DNA of 39,296 nucleotides from a virus (IMGVR_UViG_3300017914_001061:1-39296), one strand, 5' to 3'. Shown: positions 16,241-27,243, numbered from the stretch's first letter. Translations and numbers: made by a program. Notes: a model not told the origin generated them from the letters alone.

Positions 16241-18448
16241 ATGGCTCGCTACGATACATATGGTGCTGCTGATGACCAAATATTAGAGGATTCAGACACT
16301 AAATTTAGAGGTTTTAACGATAGGTCAAGACCCGATTCGTTAGAGCCTGGTATGTTGCAACAAGCTGAAAACGTTAGATTTGATTTAAGTGGAATAGCTA
16401 CAAAAAGAAAAAGTGTTGAAGTTTTATCTGCTCCCTTTACTACAGTAGGTGTAAGTCAATTAACATTACCATTTAACTTAGACCCATACCCTCCTGGAAC
16501 AAATTTTACACCTAGAGTAGGTAGTATATTAGGGGGTAACAGACTAGAATTAGAAGTTCAAGGCGGTGGAACACACGGAGGGTATGCGTTAGGTACTTAT
16601 GGTTTACAAGTCACAACAGACCCAAATAACTATTGGGACGATTTTGTTGTAGGTAATTATGAAATGACTTTAGGTACTGCAGGTACTGATGTAAATTTTA
16701 CATTTCCTAATAATGATTTTAGCTTTAGAAATTTAGGTGGTACTGTTTGGAAAGTAACTGGTCCAATATTATCTAACGCTCAAAATACTAGAGTAGTAGG
16801 TTCTAATAATTTTATTAATCCACAAACTGCGGAAGAATATATATTGTTAGCAGGAACAGCATTTGCTAAAGCTGTAAAGATTAGTGACGGTACAAGTACC
16901 ACTATTAATTATCCTGCAGGACACGTTCTTAATGAAGAGACTGTAACCGTCTTACAAGCATTTGATAGAGTTTATATATTTGAAGAAGGTCACGTACCTA
17001 TGTCTTGGGATATGGATTTTGCTAATGCTTTTGTTGATGAAGAAAGTGGTACATTTACACAACCTACTTTAAAGTCTGGTACTGCTGATATAACAGATGG
17101 CTTAGTAGAACTTACAGGTATAACTAATACTGGGTTTGGTGCATTGGTAACTGGTGATGAAATTGTAATTATTGACGCGCATAATACTGGATTAACAAAT
17201 AATGATACTTATCAAGTAGCAGAAAGCACAACTACAAGTATATCTTTTTATGCTGAAGTAGAAGATGTTAATAATGATTCATTGGATATTATAGGTAGAG
17301 TATCTGGAGGAGCAGGATTCATACACGCTCCTGCGCCTGGAGATGCGATAGTTCATCGCAATAGATTAGTTGTACCATATAAATATACAATAAACGCTAG
17401 TGATGATAGTTATACTGAAAGAGATGTAATAGATGAATTACTTATTTCTGCTCCATTTAATTCAGAAAAATTTGACACTACATATGGAACATTTGTTACT
17501 GCAGGTGGACAAAGCGATAGTTTTGTTACTGCGTTTTCTTTTGCCGAAGATAAGCTAATTATGTTTAACAGAAAAAGCATTTCTGTAGTAACTGGAGTTG
17601 ATAGCTTTAACTTTCAAGATGCAAAAGTACAAAGCCTTACAAAAGAAATAGGTTGTGTAGCAAAAGATACTATAGTTCAAGTAGGTAATCAAATATTATT
17701 CTTGTCTGATAGTGGTGTATATGGTGTTAGCTTCCAAGATTTATACAATTTAAGAGGTAATGATGTTCCTTTAAGTGCAGCGATAGATGGTACAATACAA
17801 AACATTGATAAGGATAATTGGCATAAATCTAGTGCCGTATACTTTGATAATAGATACTATATAGCAGTTCCTATGCCTGCAGTTAATAACAGTAATAGTA
17901 GAATTATTATTTATAACTTTTTAAATAAAGCTTGGGAAAGTGTTGATAATGTCAGTAATACTGGCTTTCACATAGATAAATTAATAGTTGCAGGAAGTGG
18001 AACTAAACGTGGAGTTTATGCAGTTAATTCTTTAGGTGGAGTGCATAAATTAGAAGCTTCTGACTTTGACAAACAAGATTCAACTATAGTATCAATCGGA
18101 GGTTCTGCAGAGCTTACTAATATAAAGTCAACATTGAGAACAAGACAATATAACTTAGGTACTGTAGATAGAAAAAAATGGAATAATTACGAAGTTGTTT
18201 TAACAAACGAAGGTCACGCAAGCACTCTCGTAAGTGTAACGGTAAATACAGAAAATAAAGATGGGGCTAGCGACACCTCAGAATTTACGCCTCCTAATTA
18301 CGAGGGGGTTTCCTACCGTGCTAGAATAGGAAATATAAGAGCTTATGGCGCAGATGCAACTATCCGAGAGGATACTGGGCGATTCTCTTTACACACTTTT
18401 AAAATTGCGGGAGCTTTAACCTTCCGTTCACAAAACGAAGCAAGATAA
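16241..18448 (+). CDS. Tail nozzle / P22 gp10-like stabilisation protein (beta-propeller)
   Basis: 735 aa; IGCVAKDTIVQVGNQILFLSDSGVY, PLS..ID, YFDNRYYIA, IYNFLNKAW. Confidence 0.75.
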   Translation: MARYDTYGAADDQILEDSDTKFRGFNDRSRPDSLEPGMLQQAENVRFDLSGIATKRKSVEVLSAPFTTVGVSQLTLPFNLDPYPPGTNFTPRVGSILGGNRLELEVQGGGTHGGYALGTYGLQVTTDPNNYWDDFVVGNYEMTLGTAGTDVNFTFPNNDFSFRNLGGTVWKVTGPILSNAQNTRVVGSNNFINPQTAEEYILLAGTAFAKAVKISDGTSTTINYPAGHVLNEETVTVLQAFDRVYIFEEGHVPMSWDMDFANAFVDEESGTFTQPTLKSGTADITDGLVELTGITNTGFGALVTGDEIVIIDAHNTGLTNNDTYQVAESTTTSISFYAEVEDVNNDSLDIIGRVSGGAGFIHAPAPGDAIVHRNRLVVPYKYTINASDDSYTERDVIDELLISAPFNSEKFDTTYGTFVTAGGQSDSFVTAFSFAEDKLIMFNRKSISVVTGVDSFNFQDAKVQSLTKEIGCVAKDTIVQVGNQILFLSDSGVYGVSFQDLYNLRGNDVPLSAAIDGTIQNIDKDNWHKSSAVYFDNRYYIAVPMPAVNNSNSRIIIYNFLNKAWESVDNVSNTGFHIDKLIVAGSGTKRGVYAVNSLGGVHKLEASDFDKQDSTIVSIGGSAELTNIKSTLRTRQYNLGTVDRKKWNNYEVVLTNEGHASTLVSVTVNTENKDGASDTSEFTPPNYEGVSYRARIGNIRAYGADATIREDTGRFSLHTFKIAGALTFRSQNEAR

Positions 18449-18449
18449 T

Positions 18450-19184
18450 ATGGCAAAATTTACAGGTAAAAACAATTTCGCAAATGGTGATGTTATTACG
18501 GCTACTAGCCTTAATGAAATTACTGACAATTTACTTTTAGCAAGTGATTCGTTTAGTAATACATTTACCGTAAATTCTGGAGTAGTTACAATTACTGATG
18601 GTGCTATTACTAATAGTTTAGTAGAAACATCTGTTGATGCAAGTACAGGACTAGCAGGAGATAAAATAAGAGATGATGCTATTGTAACTGCTAAGTTACC
18701 AGATTCTACAGGAACTACAGACGGTGTTACATATGCAAAAATGCAATATGTTACAGATGCAGGTAAATTGCTAGGAAGAACTACATCGGGTTCTGGTGTA
18801 GTGGAAGAGGTAGATATTGATACTAATTTATCTGTTGTAAGTGCCAATGATGATACAATACCAAGTGCAAAAGCAGTTAAGGCTTATGTAGATTCTGCAC
18901 CTAATCACGTTCCATCTACAGTAGATAATACTACAAGATATACGCAATTACCTAATGGACTAATTATGAAATTTGGTTCATTTGCTGCAACAAGTACGCA
19001 AACAACTATAAACTTTGATAGTACAGTAGCTTTTACTACATTAATATCTGTAGTTGTAACTGCAGTAGATAGCGATAGTACACCACCATATCCAGTTTCA
19101 ATAAACTCAGCAAGCACTACACAAGTAATTGTAGACCATAGTGCAGATGTAAATAGTCTTTATTATCAAGCAATAGGAGAATAA
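18450..19184 (+). CDS. Tail fibre protein
   Basis: ITATSLN N-terminus, LLGRTTSGSGVVEE, PSAKAVKAYVD, C-terminal QLPNGLIMKFG...YQAIG. Confidence 0.7.
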   Translation: MAKFTGKNNFANGDVITATSLNEITDNLLLASDSFSNTFTVNSGVVTITDGAITNSLVETSVDASTGLAGDKIRDDAIVTAKLPDSTGTTDGVTYAKMQYVTDAGKLLGRTTSGSGVVEEVDIDTNLSVVSANDDTIPSAKAVKAYVDSAPNHVPSTVDNTTRYTQLPNGLIMKFGSFAATSTQTTINFDSTVAFTTLISVVVTAVDSDSTPPYPVSINSASTTQVIVDHSADVNSLYYQAIGE

Positions 19185-19185
19185 A

Positions 19186-22100
19186 ATGGGGTATTCAGCA
19201 GGACCATTAGACGTTTCTAATTACGATTGGTTTTGGGATACATATAATCCAAGCGTGGATTATACTCCTATCGTAAACGATATTAATAATATGGGGCTTG
19301 GCTCAGATGGGCAAATGATGCCCGAAGAGTCTGGGTTCTTAATGGATTTTGATGAGCTAAACGGAATGTTTGGACTTGTTGACTTAGACCTTATGACTGA
19401 TGGCTTTAGTGCCGCAGATAGAGATTATTTGACCTCTATGGGTCTTGATGGCTATGAAATGGTTAATCGAGCTTTTACTGATATAGATGTAGGAGGTGGA
19501 AACTTGATGGCTGTTAATGAATTGCTAGACCAAGGAGTTGCTCTTACTAATCAAATGATTGAAAATGCAAATGCTTCCTTTGCTAGAAATAAAATAATAG
19601 CAGATATACAAGCATCTGATATTGCAAAATTAGAAGCAGCTGCAGAAGAATTTTATTATCAAACACAAAAAAGAAATTCAGATTCAGCTAGTAATCAAAT
19701 TTCAAAATTTAGAGGATTTTTAACATCTCAATATGAGATAGACCCAGAAACAGGTCAAATGGTAGGTGTTGGAACTTATCACGATAAAGAAGCAGTAGGT
19801 CAAGCTGCGCTAGATAGTGCCGCTTATGATTTACAAAAAGCAGTATATGATTTTATGGCGAGTCCTGGCTATGATAATAGGTTTCACGAAGTAGATACAA
19901 GACAGCAAATATTATCGGACGATGGTGAAACAATGATTGATAATCCCAATTATATGCAATCAGAGCCAAGCCAAGGATTAATAGATGATTATGTTTATGC
20001 TCCTTATATGCCCGATGAAGATGCACAAACCATAGTAGAAAGAGATTTGCTTAATATACCTGGGTTTACTGGAGAAGGCGAAATCCTAGATAGTGGAGAA
20101 AGAAATACAGCAACAGGAAAACTTATTGCAGTTGCCTTAGATTTAGCAGGATTAGGTAGCATTGGAACAAAACTTTATTTAACGCAAAGTACTTGGAATA
20201 TGGCTGTTAATGCAGTCGAAAGAGGAATAAATAAAATTTTAGGTACAGGTATAGATTTGCCTAATATTAATTTGCACGAATTTGCTGCTACTTTATTAAA
20301 TGAAAAGTTTGTAGATAAAGATGGTAAACCTATATTAGAGGGTATAGCTAACAAGGCAGAATGGTTAATACCTTTTTATGACCCTACTTTATCTGTTAAT
20401 TTAGCAGCACTTGGTGGAAACGAGCTAGGAAAGTTTGACCCTACTGGAGAAAACTTTTTTGAAAATATAGCAGATGCTTTACTTGAAGGACCTATACTAG
20501 ATGCCGTACAAGAAGCTTCTGATGCAGGAAAATTTAAAGACATTGAAACTGATAGAGGTCAAGGCATTATGGGATTCCTTGGCAATATAAAAGCTTTTGT
20601 ACAAAGTGGTGGAGTTGCTATTCAAAAAGTTTTAGGTCCAGGTCTTTCTCAAGCAATAGTAGATTTTGCTTTTTTTGATGGATTGCCTGTAGGACAAATA
20701 TTAAACTCAATAGGCGTAGCTTTAGGTCCACAATCATTGGAAGATTGGAAAAGGTACTTAGAGGACAAAGGAATAGACCCTAATAATGTAGAAGAGAAGG
20801 ATATATCTTATTACCGTGCATTGGTGGACGAATATCTTACTGACCCTACTACAAAATCTTCTGGGCTTACATCTTTACAAGAAGTAACGAATGGTATTGA
20901 TGATGGAGGTGTAGCAGCTAGGTATCTAAACACAATGAATAATTGGTTCAGAGATACCTATGGTGTAAACTTAGATACAATAGACCCTGTAGATGCGGCT
21001 GCATTAATGCTTAATACTATAGAAGACCAAAGAAAATATGAGCAAGATGCATATATGAGTCCTGCTCAATTACAAACGGCTTATGATAATGAAAGTATTT
21101 TTAGAAGTATACAAGGTCTTGAACCAATATCATTTGAACAATTTAAATCCGATTATGAAGCTTCTGTTCAAAGTGATGTGTTCAAAGTAGACATAGGTAA
21201 TGGATTTTCTTTTGATGCTGAAACAGTTAAAAACATTACAGATGAAATTGAAATAGGAGATTTTCAAAGTAGCGAAGATAAATCAAATAGATTATTAGAA
21301 CACGCAGATTATATTTTAAGTGATGGTAAACAAGGAGAGTCGCTACAAAATTTTTATGATTCAGATATACAACTTACCTCTGAAGCGGCTATGGCTAGTA
21401 CACGAACAGTTGATGAAGATGTATATATAATACCAGACGTAGAAGCTAGAGGTTATCAATTTCAATATGTTACTGCACCCGATGGAAGCGATGCAGCATA
21501 TGACCCTTTAACAGGCGTAACTTATGCATTGCAAGAAGATAGATTAATAAATAATCCTGGAATTAAAGACGATAGGTATGATTTTCCTTCTTTAACTTAC
21601 TCAGATTTATTAACATCTGATAAAGATTTAAATCCTAAAAGATTAAAAGAAATAGCTAAACAAGGTCGTATAGAGTACGGAGAGTTAAAAAAATACGTAG
21701 AAGAAAATCCTTATGTTTATTTAGGTAAAAGCAAAGAGACGCACAGGCAAGATATAGTGCGCGGTATGATAGGTAGTAATTATGGTTGGAATGGAAGAGT
21801 ATCTGTTTATACATTAGCTGATTTAAGTGCAGAAGGAGTAGAAGATTTTTATAGCAAATATAATATTAACCCAAGCACTCTTTCTTCTGTTACAGGCAGA
21901 GACTCAGAATTGCCTTTTGATTATGATAATATGCCACAGCATACATTTACTGGCGATGAATTAAGAAAACTTGGGGTAGATATATTTAGCGAAGATGCTT
22001 TAAATATTGCGGGCTATATGCATTACAAGGGAAGAAAACCAAATAATGGTCCTCAATATTATGAATTTCAAAGCGCAAGTCCTATTACCTTAGAGGAATA

Positions 22101-25100
22101 TAATAATCCTGTTCCTAAAGCATTAAGAGCTTTTGAATCAGAATTGGGAAATTATTATTTAAGAAAGTACACAGGAGACAATACAGAATTAATCGAGGAA
22201 ATAGAATATAATGCTGCGTATCACGATTTCGTAAATAGTATAGATGATAGTGTTGATTGGAGTGAATACGGTTATTATGACTTAGAGGGACATATGATAA
22301 AAGAAGGTCTTGTAGATGCTGATTTAGGTGTATCTATAGGAAACACAACTTATTTAGAAGATTTTCAAGTAGAAAGCGACTACAAGCCAAGTGATTATTC
22401 ATTATTTACTGCTTCTGTTTCTGTTCCAGGTCAGCGAGACCAAACAATGCTTTTTGTAGAAGATTTAGAAACTGGAATTGTCGAGTTTTATGATAACGAT
22501 AGAATGAATTTAGCTACGGGTAAATATGAATTTGATGCTCCAACTGTTGATGGTTTAGAAAATGTTAGAGTTAGGATTCCTGGAACAAATAATTTTTCTA
22601 TTGGAAATAGAGCAGACATAGGAGAAGTTTTAAAACGCCTATACGCTTCTGGTCAAATTAGTGCTGACGAAGTAACTGCCGTAGATTTGGCATTATTTTC
22701 AAGAGATTATAATAATTCATTTACTCATACAGTAGTAAATACGCAAGGTGGTCAATATAGTTACGGTATGGACAATTATGTAGACCCAAATGAAATTTAT
22801 TATGCGGGTTATCAAGGTGACTTTGAAATTAATCCAGAAACTGGCGATTTTGTTTTTATGGATACCTATGTTTTTGATAATCCTTCTATAGTAGGAGAAG
22901 AAGAAGGATTAGGGCAAACAGGGGCAGGTTCTTTTTATAACTTACCAGATTTTAATGTAATTGGTTTTGATAACTTTGAAGATTTAAGTCAAGGTTATCA
23001 AGATAGATTAGACTTTATTGATGCAACTAGCTTTGATTACAATACAAAAGATTTCTTAAAACAAAATGCTTATGAATTGTATAAGTCAAGAGAAGCTTTT
23101 TTAGAGTTAGATGAGGAATCACAAGCATTAATCCTGCAAGCACAAGCAGAAGCTACAAGTGACTTTATAGACTTAGGTGTATTTACAGTAACTGCTAATA
23201 ATATAACAGATTTAGATGCTGAATTGCAGACTAGATTAAATCAAATTACTGCAGCCGACTTATCTGAAGGACAAGAGCAATACGAAATTGATTTAGCAAA
23301 TGCTATATACAATGCAAAGAAAACAGAGATAAATACTCTATTCTTAAAAAACAATTCTATAAACGCTTTAACGCAAAGAAAAGCCTCATTAGAAGCGAAT
23401 AAAGAAGAGAACGAAGAAAAAATATTAGGGCTAGAAGCTACTATAGAGAAGATTAGGTCTTACGAAATACCAGAGTTCAATGTAACTGCATATATGAATG
23501 CAGAAGACCCAAGTGCCTATATGCAAAACTTTGTTAATGAAGTTAGGAAAGGCACTACAGAAGAGTTTGGAAACGTGTTATCTATAGAGAATGCAGACCA
23601 AATATTATCTAATGTAGCCGCTTTAGCACAATCAGAAACAGATTTGCAAATTGTAACAGCCGAAAAAGATAAATATTACGAGGACTACACAAAAACATTA
23701 GAAGATTACAATAAGGCTATTACTGAAAGAGATAATGCTAGACTACAAAGAAATGCGAATCAATTAAGAATAGACGATTTAAAAACAAAATTATATGTAG
23801 AGCTAGATAACTTTGAGGTTACCGCTACTGACATACAGGGCGCGGAAAGTCAGTTAAATGATTTCAATGCAGAGATAGACAGAATGGTTAGTGACGGAGA
23901 AATTACGTCAGAGCAAGGAGACCTAGAAAAAGCATTAGCAGTTAATACATTTGACGTATACAAAGCTACACAAGATATTTCTGCATTGCAAACATCTACC
24001 GATACAACAATAGCAGGATTGCGAGCAGATTTAAAGACTGCACAAGATTCAGCTGCTTCATTTGAAGCTGAAGCTGATGAATTTGAAAGTAAGTATAATA
24101 CTACCAAAGCAGATTTAGAAGCTAATCAATCTTATACATTACCAGATTTTAATGTATGGCGCGCTATGAGCGATATGGGTTATGTATGGAATGAAGAAAA
24201 TTCTGTATTTGATAACCCCCAAGGGTTGGAATATCAAGTAGTTCAAGATGAGTGGATAGCAAATTACGAGCAACAGTTAATAGATGACGGCATTCTTACA
24301 CAGGAACAAATAACAAATGTATTAGCAGATTTAAGAGGAGCTATAGGGGCAAGACAAAGTAGAGCTTATTGGAAAAACACAACTTTAGATACTCAATCAG
24401 AGCTTAGTGATGCAGAATCTCGTATTGGGGAATTACAAACATTTTCATTACCAGAATTTAGTATTACGGCTACCACTTTAGACGGCTTAAATGATTATCT
24501 AGATGAGTATTTGACTTATGTAAATACTGCCGAAGAAAATGAATCTATAAGTGCAGAACAAGCTATAAACTTTAGAAATATTATTAGTAGTCTTAAACGA
24601 AATGGTGCTGATATTTTTGATTTAGAGGCAGCAAACAAAACTAAACAAGATGAAATAGATAATCTTACAGCAACAAATACAGGACTAAGTGCTACCATTG
24701 GAGAAAAAGATGAAGAAATATTAGACTTAACAGGAACTATATCTGTAATTGGTAGTGGCTTTGACGTTACTTTATATGATGATATTAGTGACCTAGATGC
24801 AGGTCTTGCATCATACATACAAGGCATTAATGATTCTGACTTAGATGAAGAGATGAAAGAATCTCAAATAGCATTTGCCGAAAGTATGGCAGCTATGCGT
24901 AGAGAGAATCTATTTGTTCCTACTTACGAAGCACCAGACTTTAATGTAGTAGCCGAAGGAGACCTTACTGGATTGAATCAATCCTACGCTGAAGCTATAT
25001 TTACATTAGATAGCTTCTTAGACAACGAGTACATTACTCAAGAAGAATACGATGCAAATGTTGCCGACTTAAATACTGCATACAATACAAGGAAAGATGA

Positions 25101-27240
25101 AATTGTACCTACTTATACATTGCCAGAGTTTACTGTATCTGAGCTAGATGCAGAAGGTGGATTTACTAATCTTGATGCAGAGAAAGAAGGATTTTTAGAT
25201 GACCTACAAAGTTTCTTAGATAATGATTATATTACTAGAGAAGAGTACGATGCTTTTGAAGCGCAAATAGAATCTGCGTACGATACTAAGAAACGAGATA
25301 TTACCCCTGTATATGAAGCACCCGACTTTACAGTATATGAGCAGTTACAGCCTGGAGAAACTTTCGAGGATATAGATACGGCATACAATACTGCTTACGA
25401 TGAATTAACATTAAATGCTCAACTAGGATATATAAGTGCATCAGACTATATTACTCAATTAAACGACCTACAAACATCTTATGAAGATGCGAGAAAAGGT
25501 ATAGCTCCTGCGTATGAGTTACCAGACTTTAGCGTATATGGACAGATTGCAGAAGGTGATGATACTACAGAGATAGATACTGCGTACCAAAACGAGCTAA
25601 CAAGGTTAGAGGAATACAAAGATAGTGGTTACATTAGCCTAAGTGAGTACTACGATTTCTTAGGACAACTAGAAACTGAGTACACTACAAGAAGAAAAGG
25701 TGTATTACCTACTTATACAATGCCAGACTTTAGTGTTACACCTGCTTCATCACTAGCAGAGTTAGCAGAAATGGAGAAAGCTGCACTAGATAGGTTTGAA
25801 ATGTTTAGTGAATCTGGATATTTCCCAGAGGATTTTAATATTCTTACAGAGCAAGAAAATTTACAAGCTTTGATAGATGCAGAAAGAGCTAGGATACAAG
25901 GCACTTATACATTACCAGAATTTAAGGTTGAAGATACTAAAGGTCTATTAAGGCAAAGTGATATAGAAGACTTATTTAGCGAATACGAAGCAAGATTACA
26001 AGAAGATGTAATGTCTGAAATGCTTGGTATAAACGATTTCTTTAGCGCAATGCAAGATGCTAAAACTACATTTGATGTAGAGTTCGCAAAAAGAAAGCCA
26101 ATACAACCTAGAGAAGGAGACTATGCAATTATTCCAGACCCTATCAATGAAGATGATGCAGACCAACCCTCAACAGGAGACTTTTTAGATTATGTTGACG
26201 ATGGAAATTTCCCCGACCAATATGGTACTATAGGGGGTATTGATACAAGTGGTATACTAACAGGAAACTATATGGCAAAACTAGACCCAGCTTATCAGTT
26301 AGCCGAGATATTACTCGGACAAGACGCAGCTAAACAAATGTATCCTACGGGTAAAAGCCGTGGATTAGCAGATGAAGAGTTCCAAGATATTGTAAATCAA
26401 TTTATGCTCGGACAAGCCGAGGACGCGTTTGATATGCAGTCTGGACTTTCTGGCAAGATGCAAGATTTAGCTACTGAACAACGTAGGTTGCAAAGGAAAG
26501 CAGACTTAGATTTAATGGCTGAGTTTGGCGACCCTTACAGAAAGCAACTCGAAGAACTGTATCCAGAGCAAGCTGCTGCATTGAAACAACAACGTGAAAT
26601 AGCCGATATAGCGGCAGAGCGTGCAAAGGGAGACTTATCTCCTAGAGAGCAATCACAGGTAGAGCAACAGGCTTACTTATTTGGTGCAGGTAGAGGCAGA
26701 GAATTTGACCCTATGACGTTGTATAAACAACTAGGAGAAGAAGTTGGAGTCAGAGAAGGTAGAGAAACACAAGCTACTAATCAACTTACTGCATTGATGA
26801 ATATGGAGCGTGGATTGTATGGAGACCTACCTAGCGTAATCGGCGCACAAAGCCCATTCATTGAAGGCGTAGGAGATATTACTACTCCATTCAACATTGG
26901 TGGTATTATGGACTTAGGTTCTGTAGACTATGCTAACCAACAAAAACTAAAAGAAGTTAATATGGCTATTGCTCAACTCGATAGAGAGTATCAAACTGCA
27001 GTAGCATTGCAACAACCTAGCAAAGCTCAATCAACATTAGTTAAGTTAAATGAATACAAGGCTATGGCAGATGCTATTAGTTCTGGCATTAGTACAGCTA
27101 AACAAGCGTTTGGAACTTTAGGAAGCATTATTGGTGGAATAGGTAGCATTTTTGGTGGTGGTCAAATACAACCAGATATTGATGTATCCACAGATAAAGA
27201 TAAAGGATATTATCGGATAAATAGATATTTAGGATTTTAA
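19186..27240 (+). CDS. Giant acidic virion/ejection protein (2684 aa) with internal repeats
   Basis: Position after the tail genes; D/E-rich; about 13 YxLP(D/E)FxV repeats; Gly-rich amphipathic C-terminus. Confidence 0.7.
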   Translation: MGYSAGPLDVSNYDWFWDTYNPSVDYTPIVNDINNMGLGSDGQMMPEESGFLMDFDELNGMFGLVDLDLMTDGFSAADRDYLTSMGLDGYEMVNRAFTDIDVGGGNLMAVNELLDQGVALTNQMIENANASFARNKIIADIQASDIAKLEAAAEEFYYQTQKRNSDSASNQISKFRGFLTSQYEIDPETGQMVGVGTYHDKEAVGQAALDSAAYDLQKAVYDFMASPGYDNRFHEVDTRQQILSDDGETMIDNPNYMQSEPSQGLIDDYVYAPYMPDEDAQTIVERDLLNIPGFTGEGEILDSGERNTATGKLIAVALDLAGLGSIGTKLYLTQSTWNMAVNAVERGINKILGTGIDLPNINLHEFAATLLNEKFVDKDGKPILEGIANKAEWLIPFYDPTLSVNLAALGGNELGKFDPTGENFFENIADALLEGPILDAVQEASDAGKFKDIETDRGQGIMGFLGNIKAFVQSGGVAIQKVLGPGLSQAIVDFAFFDGLPVGQILNSIGVALGPQSLEDWKRYLEDKGIDPNNVEEKDISYYRALVDEYLTDPTTKSSGLTSLQEVTNGIDDGGVAARYLNTMNNWFRDTYGVNLDTIDPVDAAALMLNTIEDQRKYEQDAYMSPAQLQTAYDNESIFRSIQGLEPISFEQFKSDYEASVQSDVFKVDIGNGFSFDAETVKNITDEIEIGDFQSSEDKSNRLLEHADYILSDGKQGESLQNFYDSDIQLTSEAAMASTRTVDEDVYIIPDVEARGYQFQYVTAPDGSDAAYDPLTGVTYALQEDRLINNPGIKDDRYDFPSLTYSDLLTSDKDLNPKRLKEIAKQGRIEYGELKKYVEENPYVYLGKSKETHRQDIVRGMIGSNYGWNGRVSVYTLADLSAEGVEDFYSKYNINPSTLSSVTGRDSELPFDYDNMPQHTFTGDELRKLGVDIFSEDALNIAGYMHYKGRKPNNGPQYYEFQSASPITLEEYNNPVPKALRAFESELGNYYLRKYTGDNTELIEEIEYNAAYHDFVNSIDDSVDWSEYGYYDLEGHMIKEGLVDADLGVSIGNTTYLEDFQVESDYKPSDYSLFTASVSVPGQRDQTMLFVEDLETGIVEFYDNDRMNLATGKYEFDAPTVDGLENVRVRIPGTNNFSIGNRADIGEVLKRLYASGQISADEVTAVDLALFSRDYNNSFTHTVVNTQGGQYSYGMDNYVDPNEIYYAGYQGDFEINPETGDFVFMDTYVFDNPSIVGEEEGLGQTGAGSFYNLPDFNVIGFDNFEDLSQGYQDRLDFIDATSFDYNTKDFLKQNAYELYKSREAFLELDEESQALILQAQAEATSDFIDLGVFTVTANNITDLDAELQTRLNQITAADLSEGQEQYEIDLANAIYNAKKTEINTLFLKNNSINALTQRKASLEANKEENEEKILGLEATIEKIRSYEIPEFNVTAYMNAEDPSAYMQNFVNEVRKGTTEEFGNVLSIENADQILSNVAALAQSETDLQIVTAEKDKYYEDYTKTLEDYNKAITERDNARLQRNANQLRIDDLKTKLYVELDNFEVTATDIQGAESQLNDFNAEIDRMVSDGEITSEQGDLEKALAVNTFDVYKATQDISALQTSTDTTIAGLRADLKTAQDSAASFEAEADEFESKYNTTKADLEANQSYTLPDFNVWRAMSDMGYVWNEENSVFDNPQGLEYQVVQDEWIANYEQQLIDDGILTQEQITNVLADLRGAIGARQSRAYWKNTTLDTQSELSDAESRIGELQTFSLPEFSITATTLDGLNDYLDEYLTYVNTAEENESISAEQAINFRNIISSLKRNGADIFDLEAANKTKQDEIDNLTATNTGLSATIGEKDEEILDLTGTISVIGSGFDVTLYDDISDLDAGLASYIQGINDSDLDEEMKESQIAFAESMAAMRRENLFVPTYEAPDFNVVAEGDLTGLNQSYAEAIFTLDSFLDNEYITQEEYDANVADLNTAYNTRKDEIVPTYTLPEFTVSELDAEGGFTNLDAEKEGFLDDLQSFLDNDYITREEYDAFEAQIESAYDTKKRDITPVYEAPDFTVYEQLQPGETFEDIDTAYNTAYDELTLNAQLGYISASDYITQLNDLQTSYEDARKGIAPAYELPDFSVYGQIAEGDDTTEIDTAYQNELTRLEEYKDSGYISLSEYYDFLGQLETEYTTRRKGVLPTYTMPDFSVTPASSLAELAEMEKAALDRFEMFSESGYFPEDFNILTEQENLQALIDAERARIQGTYTLPEFKVEDTKGLLRQSDIEDLFSEYEARLQEDVMSEMLGINDFFSAMQDAKTTFDVEFAKRKPIQPREGDYAIIPDPINEDDADQPSTGDFLDYVDDGNFPDQYGTIGGIDTSGILTGNYMAKLDPAYQLAEILLGQDAAKQMYPTGKSRGLADEEFQDIVNQFMLGQAEDAFDMQSGLSGKMQDLATEQRRLQRKADLDLMAEFGDPYRKQLEELYPEQAAALKQQREIADIAAERAKGDLSPREQSQVEQQAYLFGAGRGREFDPMTLYKQLGEEVGVREGRETQATNQLTALMNMERGLYGDLPSVIGAQSPFIEGVGDITTPFNIGGIMDLGSVDYANQQKLKEVNMAIAQLDREYQTAVALQQPSKAQSTLVKLNEYKAMADAISSGISTAKQAFGTLGSIIGGIGSIFGGGQIQPDIDVSTDKDKGYYRINRYLGF

Positions 27241-27243
27241 ACT

